Of a stretch of 64,000 bases of DNA, positions 9,949-19,574 are shown piece after piece. A program made the position numbers and the translations under genes. The stretch is from an uncultured bacterium (GTDB taxonomy: Bacteria; Zixibacteria; MSB-5A5; CAIYYT01). How positions within the stretch are numbered: the first letter of the stretch is position 1; each line of letters begins with the position of its first letter. Below the pieces are notes generated by a model. That model was not told where the DNA came from, did no database searches, and saw only the letters and a program-made list of their open reading frames with translations. The stretch lies in assembly GCA_963726455.1 (NCBI GenBank), contig CAVSCK010000004.1, positions 160,001 through 224,000 on the forward strand. Reading direction: 5' to 3'.

Positions 9949-10374
9949 ATGGGACAAAGAAAAAGAGCTCGTGAACTGGTGCTGAAGTGCCTCTATGCCC
10001 ATGATTCCACCGGCGAGTCGGTTGACTCCATCACCACTACTTTGATTGCCTCCGCCGGGCTGGAAGTCGAATCTCAGAATTTTGCGGAGCGGCTGTTTCG
10101 CAAAGTGGTTGAGTCAACGCCGCAACTCGACGAGAAGATAGCGGCGTTTTCGAAGAACTGGGACCTGGATAGGGTGGCGATGGTTGATCGCTGCATCATG
10201 CGGATCGCCATCTGTGAGTTTTCGCATTTTCCCGATGTTCCGGCGCAGGTGTCGATAAACGAGGCCGTGGAACTGGCGAAGAAATTCTCGACGCACGAAT
10301 CGTCGCGCTTCGTTAACGGAATTCTCGATGCCGTTTACAAAAGTCTCGACGACTCCGAGGCGGAATCGGCCTGA
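9949..10374 (+). CDS. nusB: Transcription antitermination factor NusB
   Basis: RKRARE, NEAVELAKKF, FVNGILD; follows ribH. Confidence 0.96.
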   Translation: MGQRKRARELVLKCLYAHDSTGESVDSITTTLIASAGLEVESQNFAERLFRKVVESTPQLDEKIAAFSKNWDLDRVAMVDRCIMRIAICEFSHFPDVPAQVSINEAVELAKKFSTHESSRFVNGILDAVYKSLDDSEAESA

Positions 10375-10648
10375 ATAAAGTTGGATCTGCGGTCGGTATC
10401 CTCTCCGTAAACAGCAGCGATTGCACCGATGCTCGCCGTTTGAATTGCCCGTGGCCGTCTTGCGTAGCCGACCTGACGCATTTCTGTATGCTGGCTCGCT
10501 GGAATGATCGCGTCGATTGCGGCGACTTTTTTGGTTGGCAATCGGGTATTCGCATAGTATATTCCCCGCCGAATTATTTCGTCCGCCGCGCTAACCTGCG
10601 GGTATACTTTTTGTTATCAGGTGAGCGGCTCTCCTTGAGGAGGAAGAT

Positions 10649-13177
10649 TTGACAGAGTACAAATTCGGATTGAGCACTGACAAGATCGATAAGGTTAATC
10701 TCGGATTGGGCATCTTCGTCTATGCGTTCTCGTTCATCGTTTTCCTGATGACCGTGCAACGCACGGTGTCATTCTGGGACTGTGGCGAATTCGTCGCCTG
10801 CTCGGCCAGTCTCGGCATCCCGCATCCGCCGGGAGCGCCGCTTTGGGTGTTGATCGGCAGGATATTCTCGACATTGCCGCTCGCTTCTGATGTGGGATTC
10901 CGCATAAATCTGATTTCCGTGTTCACTTCCGCCGGCGCTGCCATGTTCGGATACTTCGTGATTGTGAAGTTCGTGCGGGAATGGATGGGCGGAAATCCGT
11001 CCGAAATTCAAAGAGTCGGCATGTACGCCTCCGGTTTGTTCGGCTCGCTGTTGATGGCCTTCGCGTTCAGTAACTGGAACTCGGCTATCGAAGCCGAGGT
11101 TTACGGCGCTGCCATGCTGCTGATGATGATCATCATCTGGGCAACTCTCTGTTGGGCGGAACGCCGTGACGTTCCCGGAGCCAACAAGTGGCTGGTGTTG
11201 ATCGCCTATCTGAGTGTACTTTCTCTCGGTGTACATATGACCACCTATTTGGTCATGCCCTTCATTTATCTCATGATAATCGTTATCGGCGAAAAATTGC
11301 GTCGGGACTGGCGAGTTTGGGTAACCGGGCTGGTGTTGTTGAGCATCGTCGTTTCGATACCGCTGTTTATCTATTCGGGCGCCGCCTGGCTCGTCATCGT
11401 ATCGTCAATCTATCTGTCAAAACGAGACCCCATGTGGGCGTTGCCGTTCTACCTGATGGTAGCGGCGTTCATCGGCTGGAGTTGTCAATCGTATATTCTG
11501 GTTCGCTCCGGGCAGAAGCCGGCTATTAACGAAAACGCTCCCGACAACTGGAGCAAGTTCATGGGCTACCTTGAACGCAAGCAATACGGCCAGGGGTCGA
11601 TGGTTGCGCGCATGTTCACCCGGCGCGGATCACTTGAGAACCAGTTCGGCAGGCATGAACGGATGGGATTCTGGGGATTTTTCGAGCGACAATACGGTAT
11701 TCAAAAGACAGCGTTCACGTTCACGCTCTTTCCTCTCGGACTCTGGGGTCTATGGGAGCTATGGTTGCGGAGGAAAGAGAAAGGAATTCCTTTCTTCCTC
11801 ATGGTCCTGGCCGCGACCGTGGGGATGGTCTTGTATATGAACTTCGCCGACGGCACTATGGCAGGGAAGTTCCTGAATGACGAGGCCTATCTAGAGGTAC
11901 GCGATCGAGACTATTTCTGGCAACCCGGGTTTATTCTGTTCGCGCTGGCGATGGGACTTGGTTTTGCCTCGCTGTGGGACTTATCGTCTCGCTTTCTGCA
12001 AAACAAGTCCGCTCCCAAAGCGGTGTACGGCATGCTGGTATTCCTGCTGGTTCCGCTGGTGGCGCTTAAAGCCAATTATCATGAAAATGACCGTTCGAAT
12101 AATTACATTTCATATGACTATGCTTACAACTTGCTGATGTCCGCCGACACCAATTCGGTGGTCTTTACCAACGGTGATAACGACACTTTCCCGCTCTGGG
12201 CGCTGCAACAGGCCTATGGTGTTCGCCGTGACGTCCGGATCGCCAATTTGTCGTTGATCAACACTGAGTGGTATATCAAACAATTGAAGAACGAAATGGG
12301 CGTGCCGATCAGCTACACGGATGATCAAATCGATAACCTTCGGCACTACCGAACTTCCGACGGCAAGATCGTCCGCGTGCAGGATCAGATGATCGACAAC
12401 ATCATCAAGACCAGCCGCTGGACCATTCCGATCGAATTTGCTGTAACAGTGTCCGACGACAATCGTCTGTTCGAAGGCAAGCCGATTGACGACCATCTGG
12501 AAATGAACGGCATGATGTACCGTGTTAAGAAGGAAACCGGCACCGAAATGGTGGACGTGCCGCACACCGTGGATCTCTACGAGAACACGTTCCGATTCCG
12601 CGGCGTCGCTGACACGACGGTTTTCAAAGACGAAAATGCCGCCCGCCTCACCAACAACTATGCGGCCGGGTTCCTCTATATTTGCGAGGCACTGCGCAAG
12701 CAAAACGACCTGTCGCGCGCAATCTCACTGGCCCGCAAATCGCTCGCGACCGTGCCGGGACAGTGGCAGAGCTACGCCTACTTGATGCAGCTTTACGCCG
12801 ATGTCGATTCGATGGGGGCCGCCGAAAACGTCGCGCAATCGGCGCCGCCCAACGTTGACGTCAATATGGGCTGGATAGCCATTGCGACCGACACCTGGCA
12901 GCGCAAGCATGACAAACCGAAAGCGTACGGAATGCTGAACCAGGTACTGGCTCGTGATCCAAATAACCGCAACGCCTACCAGCAACTGCTGGCCTTCTAT
13001 TATCAAGACAAGCAATACGATAGTTTGCAGAGCATGCTGACGCGCTGGGTGGCGCTACATCCGGATGAGAGCGATGCCAAGGATGCGCTGGCCGAAGTAC
13101 AACGTTTGAAGAGCGCGGACACATCACGCACCGGTGTACGCCTGAAAAAAATGGACGTGCCGGGAGGAACTCAGTAG
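10649..13177 (+). CDS. DUF2723 (TMEM260-like) GT-C membrane glycosyltransferase with helical-repeat C-terminus
   Basis: SFWDCGEF..LGIPHPPG, EAEVY, EVRDRDYF, GDNDTFPLW; many TM segments; TTG start after GGAGGA. Confidence 0.85.
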   Translation: MTEYKFGLSTDKIDKVNLGLGIFVYAFSFIVFLMTVQRTVSFWDCGEFVACSASLGIPHPPGAPLWVLIGRIFSTLPLASDVGFRINLISVFTSAGAAMFGYFVIVKFVREWMGGNPSEIQRVGMYASGLFGSLLMAFAFSNWNSAIEAEVYGAAMLLMMIIIWATLCWAERRDVPGANKWLVLIAYLSVLSLGVHMTTYLVMPFIYLMIIVIGEKLRRDWRVWVTGLVLLSIVVSIPLFIYSGAAWLVIVSSIYLSKRDPMWALPFYLMVAAFIGWSCQSYILVRSGQKPAINENAPDNWSKFMGYLERKQYGQGSMVARMFTRRGSLENQFGRHERMGFWGFFERQYGIQKTAFTFTLFPLGLWGLWELWLRRKEKGIPFFLMVLAATVGMVLYMNFADGTMAGKFLNDEAYLEVRDRDYFWQPGFILFALAMGLGFASLWDLSSRFLQNKSAPKAVYGMLVFLLVPLVALKANYHENDRSNNYISYDYAYNLLMSADTNSVVFTNGDNDTFPLWALQQAYGVRRDVRIANLSLINTEWYIKQLKNEMGVPISYTDDQIDNLRHYRTSDGKIVRVQDQMIDNIIKTSRWTIPIEFAVTVSDDNRLFEGKPIDDHLEMNGMMYRVKKETGTEMVDVPHTVDLYENTFRFRGVADTTVFKDENAARLTNNYAAGFLYICEALRKQNDLSRAISLARKSLATVPGQWQSYAYLMQLYADVDSMGAAENVAQSAPPNVDVNMGWIAIATDTWQRKHDKPKAYGMLNQVLARDPNNRNAYQQLLAFYYQDKQYDSLQSMLTRWVALHPDESDAKDALAEVQRLKSADTSRTGVRLKKMDVPGGTQ

Positions 13178-13190
13178 GACAACAGAGTAG

Positions 13191-14315
13191 TTGCGGATAC
13201 TGGCGATTAACTGGCAGGACCTGACGCACCCGCAAGCGGGGGGCGCTGAAGTCCATCTTGAGGAAATACTCAAGCGCGTTGTCGGCTGGGGCCACGAGGT
13301 GTCGCTGGCGTGCTGCACTTATCCGGGTTGCCGTGAGCGTGAAGACATCGACGGGATGCAGGTCCATCGCAAGGGCGGGCGCTCAACTTTCAATTTTGTG
13401 GCGCCGTCGCTCGTTCGTAAGATTCTCGACGAAAAGCCGCATGACTTGATCGTTGAAGACATCAATAAGATTCCTTTCTATTTGCCGTTGTTTTTCAAAA
13501 TGCCGCATCTGGCGGTGATTCCGCACCTGTTCGGCAGAAACATCTATCAGGAAGCGAATCCCGTTGTCGCGAGCTATGTATATTTCGCGGAGACTCCCAT
13601 CCGAAGCGTCTATCGCAAGTCGGGCTTTTTGGCGATCAGCGACTCGACCAGGCAGGACTTGATCCGACGCGGAATTGCGCCGGAGAAGATCGGCGTGGCT
13701 GAATGCGGTGTCGATCATGGCCTGTATCAGCCGGAAAAGCCGATTGTGAAATTCGAACGGCCGACTATTGTGTATCTGGGACGGATAAAGAAATACAAAT
13801 CAGTGCACCACCTGATTCAGGCGCTGCCCATTATCCAGAAGTCGGTTCCCGACGTCAAGGCGCTGATTGTCGGCGATGGCGATTATATGGAAGCACTCAA
13901 GCAATTGGTGCAGAAGCTGAAATTGCAGGACGCGGTGGAGTTCACCGGATTCGTGTCGTCGGCGCAGAAACTGACTTATCTGCGTCGCTCACATGTCTCG
14001 GTGTATCCCTCGCCGAAAGAGGGTTGGGGGATTACGAATATCGAGGCGAACGCTTGTGGGACACCGGTAGTCGCGGCCAATGTGCCGGGGCTGAGGGACT
14101 CTGTTGCGCCCGAGAAGTCGGGAACGTTGTACCGGTACGGTAACATCGGTGAAATGGCGAATCAAATCGTTCGGATGCTGACAGACAAGCCCTTGTACGA
14201 CGCCCTGTCGCAAGGTGCACTGGAGTGGGCGGCCAAATTCACCTGGGAGGATTGCGCCCGACGATCATTTGCTGTAATGGAGAAGACGTTGAGTGAATGG
14301 GGGAAAGTTGGGTAA
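13191..14315 (+). CDS. Glycosyltransferase family 4
   Basis: HPQAGGAE, YLGRIKKYK, EGWGITNIEANACGTPV. Confidence 0.92.
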   Translation: MRILAINWQDLTHPQAGGAEVHLEEILKRVVGWGHEVSLACCTYPGCREREDIDGMQVHRKGGRSTFNFVAPSLVRKILDEKPHDLIVEDINKIPFYLPLFFKMPHLAVIPHLFGRNIYQEANPVVASYVYFAETPIRSVYRKSGFLAISDSTRQDLIRRGIAPEKIGVAECGVDHGLYQPEKPIVKFERPTIVYLGRIKKYKSVHHLIQALPIIQKSVPDVKALIVGDGDYMEALKQLVQKLKLQDAVEFTGFVSSAQKLTYLRRSHVSVYPSPKEGWGITNIEANACGTPVVAANVPGLRDSVAPEKSGTLYRYGNIGEMANQIVRMLTDKPLYDALSQGALEWAAKFTWEDCARRSFAVMEKTLSEWGKVG

Positions 14316-15309
14316 GAAGCTACTGATCGTCGCTGGATTTCTGATCGGCGCATTCTTTCTCTATCTGTTCATCAGGAAGGTTGAGTGGGGCCAAGTCTAT
14401 TCGGCGCTTAAAGGGGCAAACTACTGGTGGTTAATTCCCAATGTCGTCTCGATCTTCATTGCGATGTTGCTGCGCGCCTGGCGTTGGGGATATATGGTCA
14501 ATCCTTTGAAGAAATGCTCGTTCCACGGTCTTTACGCTGCAACCATGATTGGATTCATGGCATCGAATATTCTGCCTGCGCGCCTGGGCGAATTCGTGCG
14601 CCCGATATCGCTGGGCAAGATCGAGAATGTGTCGCGTGCGGCAGCCATGGCCACAACGTTGGTGGAGCGCGTATTTGATCTGCTCACTTTATTGGCACTG
14701 TTCACGGCCATACTACTGTTCAAGAAGTTTCCGGAGACTTCCGACCTCCAGAATCTTGAAAAGGCCGGCTGGGTATTCTTCATTCTCACGGCGGTGTTGT
14801 TCTTCGGAATGGTACTGCTCAAGATCAAGACTGAACTGACTCTGCGCTGGCTGAACAAACTGCTGCACATCTTCCCGGACAGGATTCGCACGACGGGTAG
14901 CGACATCTTCGCGAAATTCGCGTCCGGGCTTCAAGTTCTCTCTGACACCAAAGCTATATTCATCATTACAGTTCAGTCAATCGTGCTTTGGGTGGTCATG
15001 GCGCTGTCGAACTATTTGATCTTTCTCGCGTTCGGCATGTCCAACCTTCCGATTGACGCATCGTTCGTGGTCCTCGCCGTCGTGTCGGTAGGGATCATGC
15101 TCCCCAATGCGCCGGGATTCATAGGGCCATACCAATACCTCACGGTACTCAGTCTCAGCCTATACGGCATACCATCAGACAGAGCAGCAGCTAGCAGCAT
15201 CGTCATGTGGGCGACGCAGTATTTCACCATCACGCTCGCCGGACTCTATCATCTCAAGCAAGAACATCTCTCGCTCAAGGAAGTCGAAGACAACACGGTC
15301 AACGACTAG
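14293..15309 (+). CDS. Lysylphosphatidylglycerol-synthase TM / flippase-like domain protein (UPF0104)
   Basis: LRAWRW, NILPARLGE, VERVFD, PNAPGFIG; polytopic; start may be TTG ~14308. Confidence 0.85.
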   Translation: MNGGKLGKKLLIVAGFLIGAFFLYLFIRKVEWGQVYSALKGANYWWLIPNVVSIFIAMLLRAWRWGYMVNPLKKCSFHGLYAATMIGFMASNILPARLGEFVRPISLGKIENVSRAAAMATTLVERVFDLLTLLALFTAILLFKKFPETSDLQNLEKAGWVFFILTAVLFFGMVLLKIKTELTLRWLNKLLHIFPDRIRTTGSDIFAKFASGLQVLSDTKAIFIITVQSIVLWVVMALSNYLIFLAFGMSNLPIDASFVVLAVVSVGIMLPNAPGFIGPYQYLTVLSLSLYGIPSDRAAASSIVMWATQYFTITLAGLYHLKQEHLSLKEVEDNTVND

Positions 15310-15320
15310 GTCCCTCGAAA

Positions 15321-15935
15321 TAAATGGGCGCGTAGCGCTACGCTATTGATGTCGCCGAACGCCGGTGCGGAAACCCTGACGCGTCGCGGTCGCATACACT
15401 GTTAGATGTATGCTCCCGGACGCGCTGCACAAGCGAACGCAGCCCTGACAGACCCGAAGCCATTTACTATTGCCGTGCCCCGGATGGGGATAGCTCGGGA
15501 GGCCTCCACGTAGAGTACGCTACCGGACAAACAGGAATGTTCGTCCTACGGCGCACAATACGGGCACGGCAACTCTTGGTACCAAGTTGACCACTGTCGG
15601 ACTCCGTCGTCGGCGCGGGTGGAAACCGAACCGGCGCCAAAGTCGGCGACAACGCCCTCTACTTATAGGGCTGACCGAGATTTTTGGTGTTCGGCACTAC
15701 AAAAATGGGTTTGGGTGGCAGGTCACAATCCCGCGCCGGACGGTTGGACACGAGTCAAGGGAATAGCGGTGCCGCGCGGGATCAGGACCTGCCACAACGG
15801 GGAAGTTCGAGGTTTTGAGGCGGCATGTCGGGTTTCTCATCCCGTCGTGATGGCGAGACGACCGGCAGGCAAAGAGGGATCGAGTATTGTCGGCGGAATT
15901 ATCGGGAGAAGATGGGACTCGGAACACCGACCTAC
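15321..15935. repeat. Intergenic mosaic of palindromic/REP-like elements
   Basis: Nested inverted repeats: taaatgg/ccattta, gcataca/tgtatgc, ttgccgtgccc/gggcacggcaa, family-2 REP 15525-15549, ACA/CAG hairpin 15715-15798, GTAG hairpin 15827-15935. Confidence 0.7.
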
Positions 15936-15964
15936 GCGGAATACAAATTGCAGCGCAGGGGCGA

Positions 15965-16834
15965 TTAGTGCGGGATCTTCCCAAAAATGTAGTTCAGCAA
16001 ATAGACGACGTCGTTAATGGTAAGGCCATCATCACCGTCGAAGTTGCCGTGCAGATAATCCTTGGGAGCCGGACCGCCCGAAAAGATATAGGACACAAGA
16101 TATGTGACGTCGGAGATGTTAAAGTGACCATCGCCGTTGCAGTCGCCATAGAGGCCGTAGTCGGTCCTGATCGCGACGCTGCCGGAGTGGAAGTTGGCTC
16201 CGCGGATATTGACGACCGGGCCGGGGACTATGCAACTCGGTTGAGCGCCGCCGAGGTTGGGGTCCAGGCCGGTGATGTTGGCGCCTTGGTTGTCATAGAC
16301 GAAACGGGCAAACCAGGCGGTGTCGGCCGCAACCGATCCGAAGGTATTGTTGACGCAATCAGTCCAGTAGAAATTGACCGGAGCCGTTGAGCCGGCTTTG
16401 GTGGTGTCAGTGGTCACGTTAAAGTTTAACTTTAAGAGTTGCCCTAATTGCGATAAGCATGAAGGATGTACATTCCCGTTGTCGATGTCGGCGATGGCGT
16501 TAATCTCGACAAGACGAGTGTCGCACTGGGTGCAGGGGAGCAGGTTAAAAGTGAAGGATTCCCAATTGCAGCCAGCTAGTGAGTTGCCAATGGCGGCATT
16601 GACAAACGTCAGCCGGGTGGCGTCAAAAGCGACCAACAACCGGAACGAAGCAAAGGCCTCACTGCCGGACATGACATCAACGCCCACTGTCACGGGATCA
16701 CCGATTCGGATGTTGGTGACGTTTTGGGCGGTAATATCGAAAGGTGTCATCGGGCTGGCAGCATACAGTGAGGCAGCCAGGAGCGTGAACGCCAGAACCG
16801 TCAAGCGCATCAACTTTAGAGCATCGCAAACCAT
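15965..16834 (-). CDS. Secreted cohesin-like domain protein with C-terminal dockerin
   Basis: Signal peptide; cohesin-like GDPVTVGVDV..FRLLVAFDATRLTF..GQLLKLNFNV; dockerin GDCNGDGHFNISDVTYLVSYIFSGGPAP. Confidence 0.75.
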   Translation of the reverse strand: MVCDALKLMRLTVLAFTLLAASLYAASPMTPFDITAQNVTNIRIGDPVTVGVDVMSGSEAFASFRLLVAFDATRLTFVNAAIGNSLAGCNWESFTFNLLPCTQCDTRLVEINAIADIDNGNVHPSCLSQLGQLLKLNFNVTTDTTKAGSTAPVNFYWTDCVNNTFGSVAADTAWFARFVYDNQGANITGLDPNLGGAQPSCIVPGPVVNIRGANFHSGSVAIRTDYGLYGDCNGDGHFNISDVTYLVSYIFSGGPAPKDYLHGNFDGDDGLTINDVVYLLNYIFGKIPH

Positions 16835-17048
16835 GTGTATCTCCGTGCAGGTAATGGGTAAGTATCCCTAAGTGGTCTTAACCGGCACTAATATAACTCA
16901 CGGCGCTAATATGTAAAGGTCTTTTTCCCGGGTGTATGGAGATTGCACATTGATTTGTGACTTGAGGTGAGGCCGCTAAGTGTAATGCAGGCACCGCAAT
17001 ACGGCGCTGCCTAATCAGGTAAAAGTAATGGAAATGGAGCCAGGTTGA

Positions 17049-17771
17049 CTAGCCGAAAACGCCGGCCACAACTCCGGGCAATTCGAGCCAGTCGGCGATT
17101 ACGTAGTCAGGTAGTATCCCGTCAGTTTTCGGTGTCCAGCAGCCGGTGTAAAGAACGGCGGTTATGCCCAGATTTTTTGCTCCGAGAACGTCATGCGCCA
17201 ACAGGTCGCCGCAATGGATGGCGTCTGCCGGTTTGACGCCGAGTTGGTTGAGTGCCGTCAGAAAAGTGTGCTCGTGCGGCTTGGCCCGCCCCGATTCATT
17301 GGAGAAAGAAAAGGCGCTGAAATATTGAAGGAGTCCATGATTTCTGAGATGTTTGCGAAGAACACTGCCGGGAGTGTAGCCGGTATCTGAGACAATTCCG
17401 AGTGGATATTCGCGGCTTAACTTAGCAAGGGTTTCAGCAAGATGGGGCGTTGGAACTGGACCAAGGAGCAATCCCAGTTCGCCGAATTCGTGAGCGAGGG
17501 GCGCCAACTTTACCGGTGGCAATTTGACGCCGTAATGGCTCAGCACAAATGTGAGGCGTTCCTCGAGTGTCGGTGTACGTTGCTCACCATGATAGATGGC
17601 ACTGAACCAGGGCTTGGCGGCCTCAAAGCCATCGTCGAGATTTGCGGGTACGTTACAACCGTTGTCGACAAGGTATCGATGCATCATTGCTTTGCGGGCA
17701 GTCATGGTTTCGCGCTCGCGGGTGTCGTCGAAGAGTGTCTGCCAGAAGTCGAAGAGGATGGCGTGTGGCAT
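17049..17771 (-). CDS. HAD-superfamily hydrolase
   Basis: ILFDFWQTL motif I, IVSDT, KPH, HCGDLLAHDVLGA; start at MPHAILFD. Confidence 0.88.
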   Translation of the reverse strand: MPHAILFDFWQTLFDDTRERETMTARKAMMHRYLVDNGCNVPANLDDGFEAAKPWFSAIYHGEQRTPTLEERLTFVLSHYGVKLPPVKLAPLAHEFGELGLLLGPVPTPHLAETLAKLSREYPLGIVSDTGYTPGSVLRKHLRNHGLLQYFSAFSFSNESGRAKPHEHTFLTALNQLGVKPADAIHCGDLLAHDVLGAKNLGITAVLYTGCWTPKTDGILPDYVIADWLELPGVVAGVFG

Positions 17772-17906
17772 TAGTCTGTTCGCAGTGAAATTGCATACAT
17801 ACGGACACAATATAACCACCGGCAACACGGGGGCAATGGCTGAATAACGAATCGGTTGCGGGCACTTACAACTTGCCTCAACTGTCGAAGTCAGCATATT
17901 GGCAGA

Positions 17907-18572
17907 ATGAAGAAATTGGTTGTCGTGATTTCCGCATTCAATGCAGCCGCGACACTGCCGCGATTGATCGGGGAGATCAAAAGCAGATACCCGGGAGTCG
18001 GTATTGTCGTGGTCGATGACGGTTCGAAGGACAATTCCGGTGCTGTCGCAAAGGCGGCGGGCGCAACGGTGATAACGCATGGACGAAACCGCGGCAAGGG
18101 CGAGGCACTCAAGACGGGGTTTGCGTACGCCGTCGAAAACGAATACGACGCAGTGATTACCTTGGATGCCGATCTTCAGCACAGCCCTGATGAGATTCAA
18201 AGATTCCTGGATGCATACCTCGATGACCGCACGATTTTGGTTGGGACGCGACGACGCGACGAGTCAATGCCGTTTGCACGCAAAGTCTCCAATTCGTTGA
18301 CATCGTTTGTGTCATCGATCTTCTGTGGCGCGCGTATCCTTGACAGCCAGTCGGGGTACCGCTTGATACCGACGGAGATATTGAAGAAGGTGACGCTGTC
18401 ATCATCGCGATTTGATCTGGAGCCGGAGCTGTTAATCAAGGCGGTACGCGCCGGATACGGTGTGAAGCATATCGATATCAGCACGATATACAACGCCGGC
18501 CGCAGTTGGATCAATCCACCGGTCGACACGATTCGGTTCTTGATAATGCTGGTGAAATCGCTATTTTGGTGA
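17907..18572 (+). CDS. Glycosyltransferase family 2 (polyprenol-phosphate glycosyltransferase/DPM1-like)
   Basis: VVDDGSKD, NRGKGEA, LDADLQH, DSQSGYR. Confidence 0.9.
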   Translation: MKKLVVVISAFNAAATLPRLIGEIKSRYPGVGIVVVDDGSKDNSGAVAKAAGATVITHGRNRGKGEALKTGFAYAVENEYDAVITLDADLQHSPDEIQRFLDAYLDDRTILVGTRRRDESMPFARKVSNSLTSFVSSIFCGARILDSQSGYRLIPTEILKKVTLSSSRFDLEPELLIKAVRAGYGVKHIDISTIYNAGRSWINPPVDTIRFLIMLVKSLFW

Positions 18573-18575
18573 CCC

Positions 18576-19322
18576 ATGTTAGCACTACTTACGAACGATG
18601 ACGGTTATCAGGCCGAGGGACTGCTGCGTCTGCGCAAAGAGATTGCGAAAATCTGCGATGTGCTGGTGGTGGCGCCGGTGGCGGACCAGTCGGCAGCAGG
18701 ACATTCGCTGACATTGCAGCGACCATTGCGGCAGAATCAGATCAGCGATGGGTACTACAGCGTTGACGGCACGCCGACCGATGCAGTGATGGTGGCGGTG
18801 CACGGTATACTCGACAACAAGCTGCCGGATATTCTGATTTCGGGAATCAATTGCGGGCCGAATATGGGGGACGACGTGACCTACTCGGGCACGGTGTCGG
18901 CGGCGTTTGAGGGCGCGATACTTGGGATACCGTCGATAGCGGTGTCATCGGTGCCGTTCGAGGATGTCGATTACGCGGCGATGGCAAAATTCACGCGCAA
19001 GCTGGCGAAACGCGTATTGCAGAATCATCTGCCGGATTCGACGCTGTTGAATGTGAATATACCGAATCCGACTGACGGCAAATATCCGGGAGTGAAGATC
19101 ACGCGGTTGGGAAAACGGGTGTATCGGGATATCGTGGTGGAGAAGATTGACCCACGCGGCCGGAAGTATTACTGGATCGCGGGTGAGCCGGACTGGCACG
19201 AGTTCGAACAATCGGATTTTACGGCGGTGACTGAAGGATATGTTTCGATCACGCCGTTGAAGATGGATATGACGGATTACGGATTGATGAAGCATTTGGA
19301 GGGGTGGAGATTGAAGGGATGA
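18576..19322 (+). CDS. surE: 5'/3'-nucleotidase SurE
   Basis: LTNDDG, GTPTD, SGIN.GPN, YSGTV, DPRGRKYYW. Confidence 0.96.
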   Translation: MLALLTNDDGYQAEGLLRLRKEIAKICDVLVVAPVADQSAAGHSLTLQRPLRQNQISDGYYSVDGTPTDAVMVAVHGILDNKLPDILISGINCGPNMGDDVTYSGTVSAAFEGAILGIPSIAVSSVPFEDVDYAAMAKFTRKLAKRVLQNHLPDSTLLNVNIPNPTDGKYPGVKITRLGKRVYRDIVVEKIDPRGRKYYWIAGEPDWHEFEQSDFTAVTEGYVSITPLKMDMTDYGLMKHLEGWRLKG

Positions 19323-19330
19323 GGGGGAAA

Positions 19331-19354
19331 GTAGGACGAACATTCTTGTTTGTC
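19331..19354 (+). repeat. GTAG-footed REP-like hairpin, family 2
   Basis: gtaggacgaacattcttgtttgtc; reverse-complement copy with 1 mismatch at 15526-15549. Confidence 0.75.
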
Positions 19355-19367
19355 ACATTGCAGATTC

Positions 19368-19520
19368 GTAGGTCGAATCCCCTGGCGGAATCACCTGTGA
19401 TGTCGTTCCGGCATTTGCGGGGTTTCGACATTTGTCATATCGGCAGTCAACAGAATCGTCGAAACCCCGGAGACGTGTGTCGATGTAGGCAACGTGTTTC
19501 CACTAAGGCTTTCGACCTTC
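19368..19520 (+). repeat. REPIN-like ~153-bp element, copy 1
   Basis: GTAGGTCGAATCCCC..GGGGTTTCGAC..GTCGAAACCCC..TTTCGACCTTC; collinear with copies at 21084 and 22683. Confidence 0.85.
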
Positions 19521-19574
19521 TAAGCTGGGGTAAGCGTTCTAGTATTCCGCAGACATACCGTTGGAGAGACTAAA

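Noticed and set aside
10375-10648. Possible ncRNA between nusB and the DUF2723 gene
   Set aside because: Only weak pairing, with no recognisable family motif or repeat copy.
15715-15798. ACA/CAG hairpins as integron attC sites
   Set aside because: attC needs RYYYAAC at the 5' end pairing with GTTRRRY at the 3' end. Here AAC is 3' and unpaired, and no integrase is seen.
15715-15798. Kink-turn / box C/D motif on the bottom strand (CTGA..TGTGA)
   Set aside because: Tandem G.A pairs cannot be formed with the required flanking pairs, and copy B lacks CTGA.
17772-18200. 383-aa N-terminally extended HAD ORF from the track
   Set aside because: The extension is antisense to the GT2 gene; HAD motif I starts at 17771.
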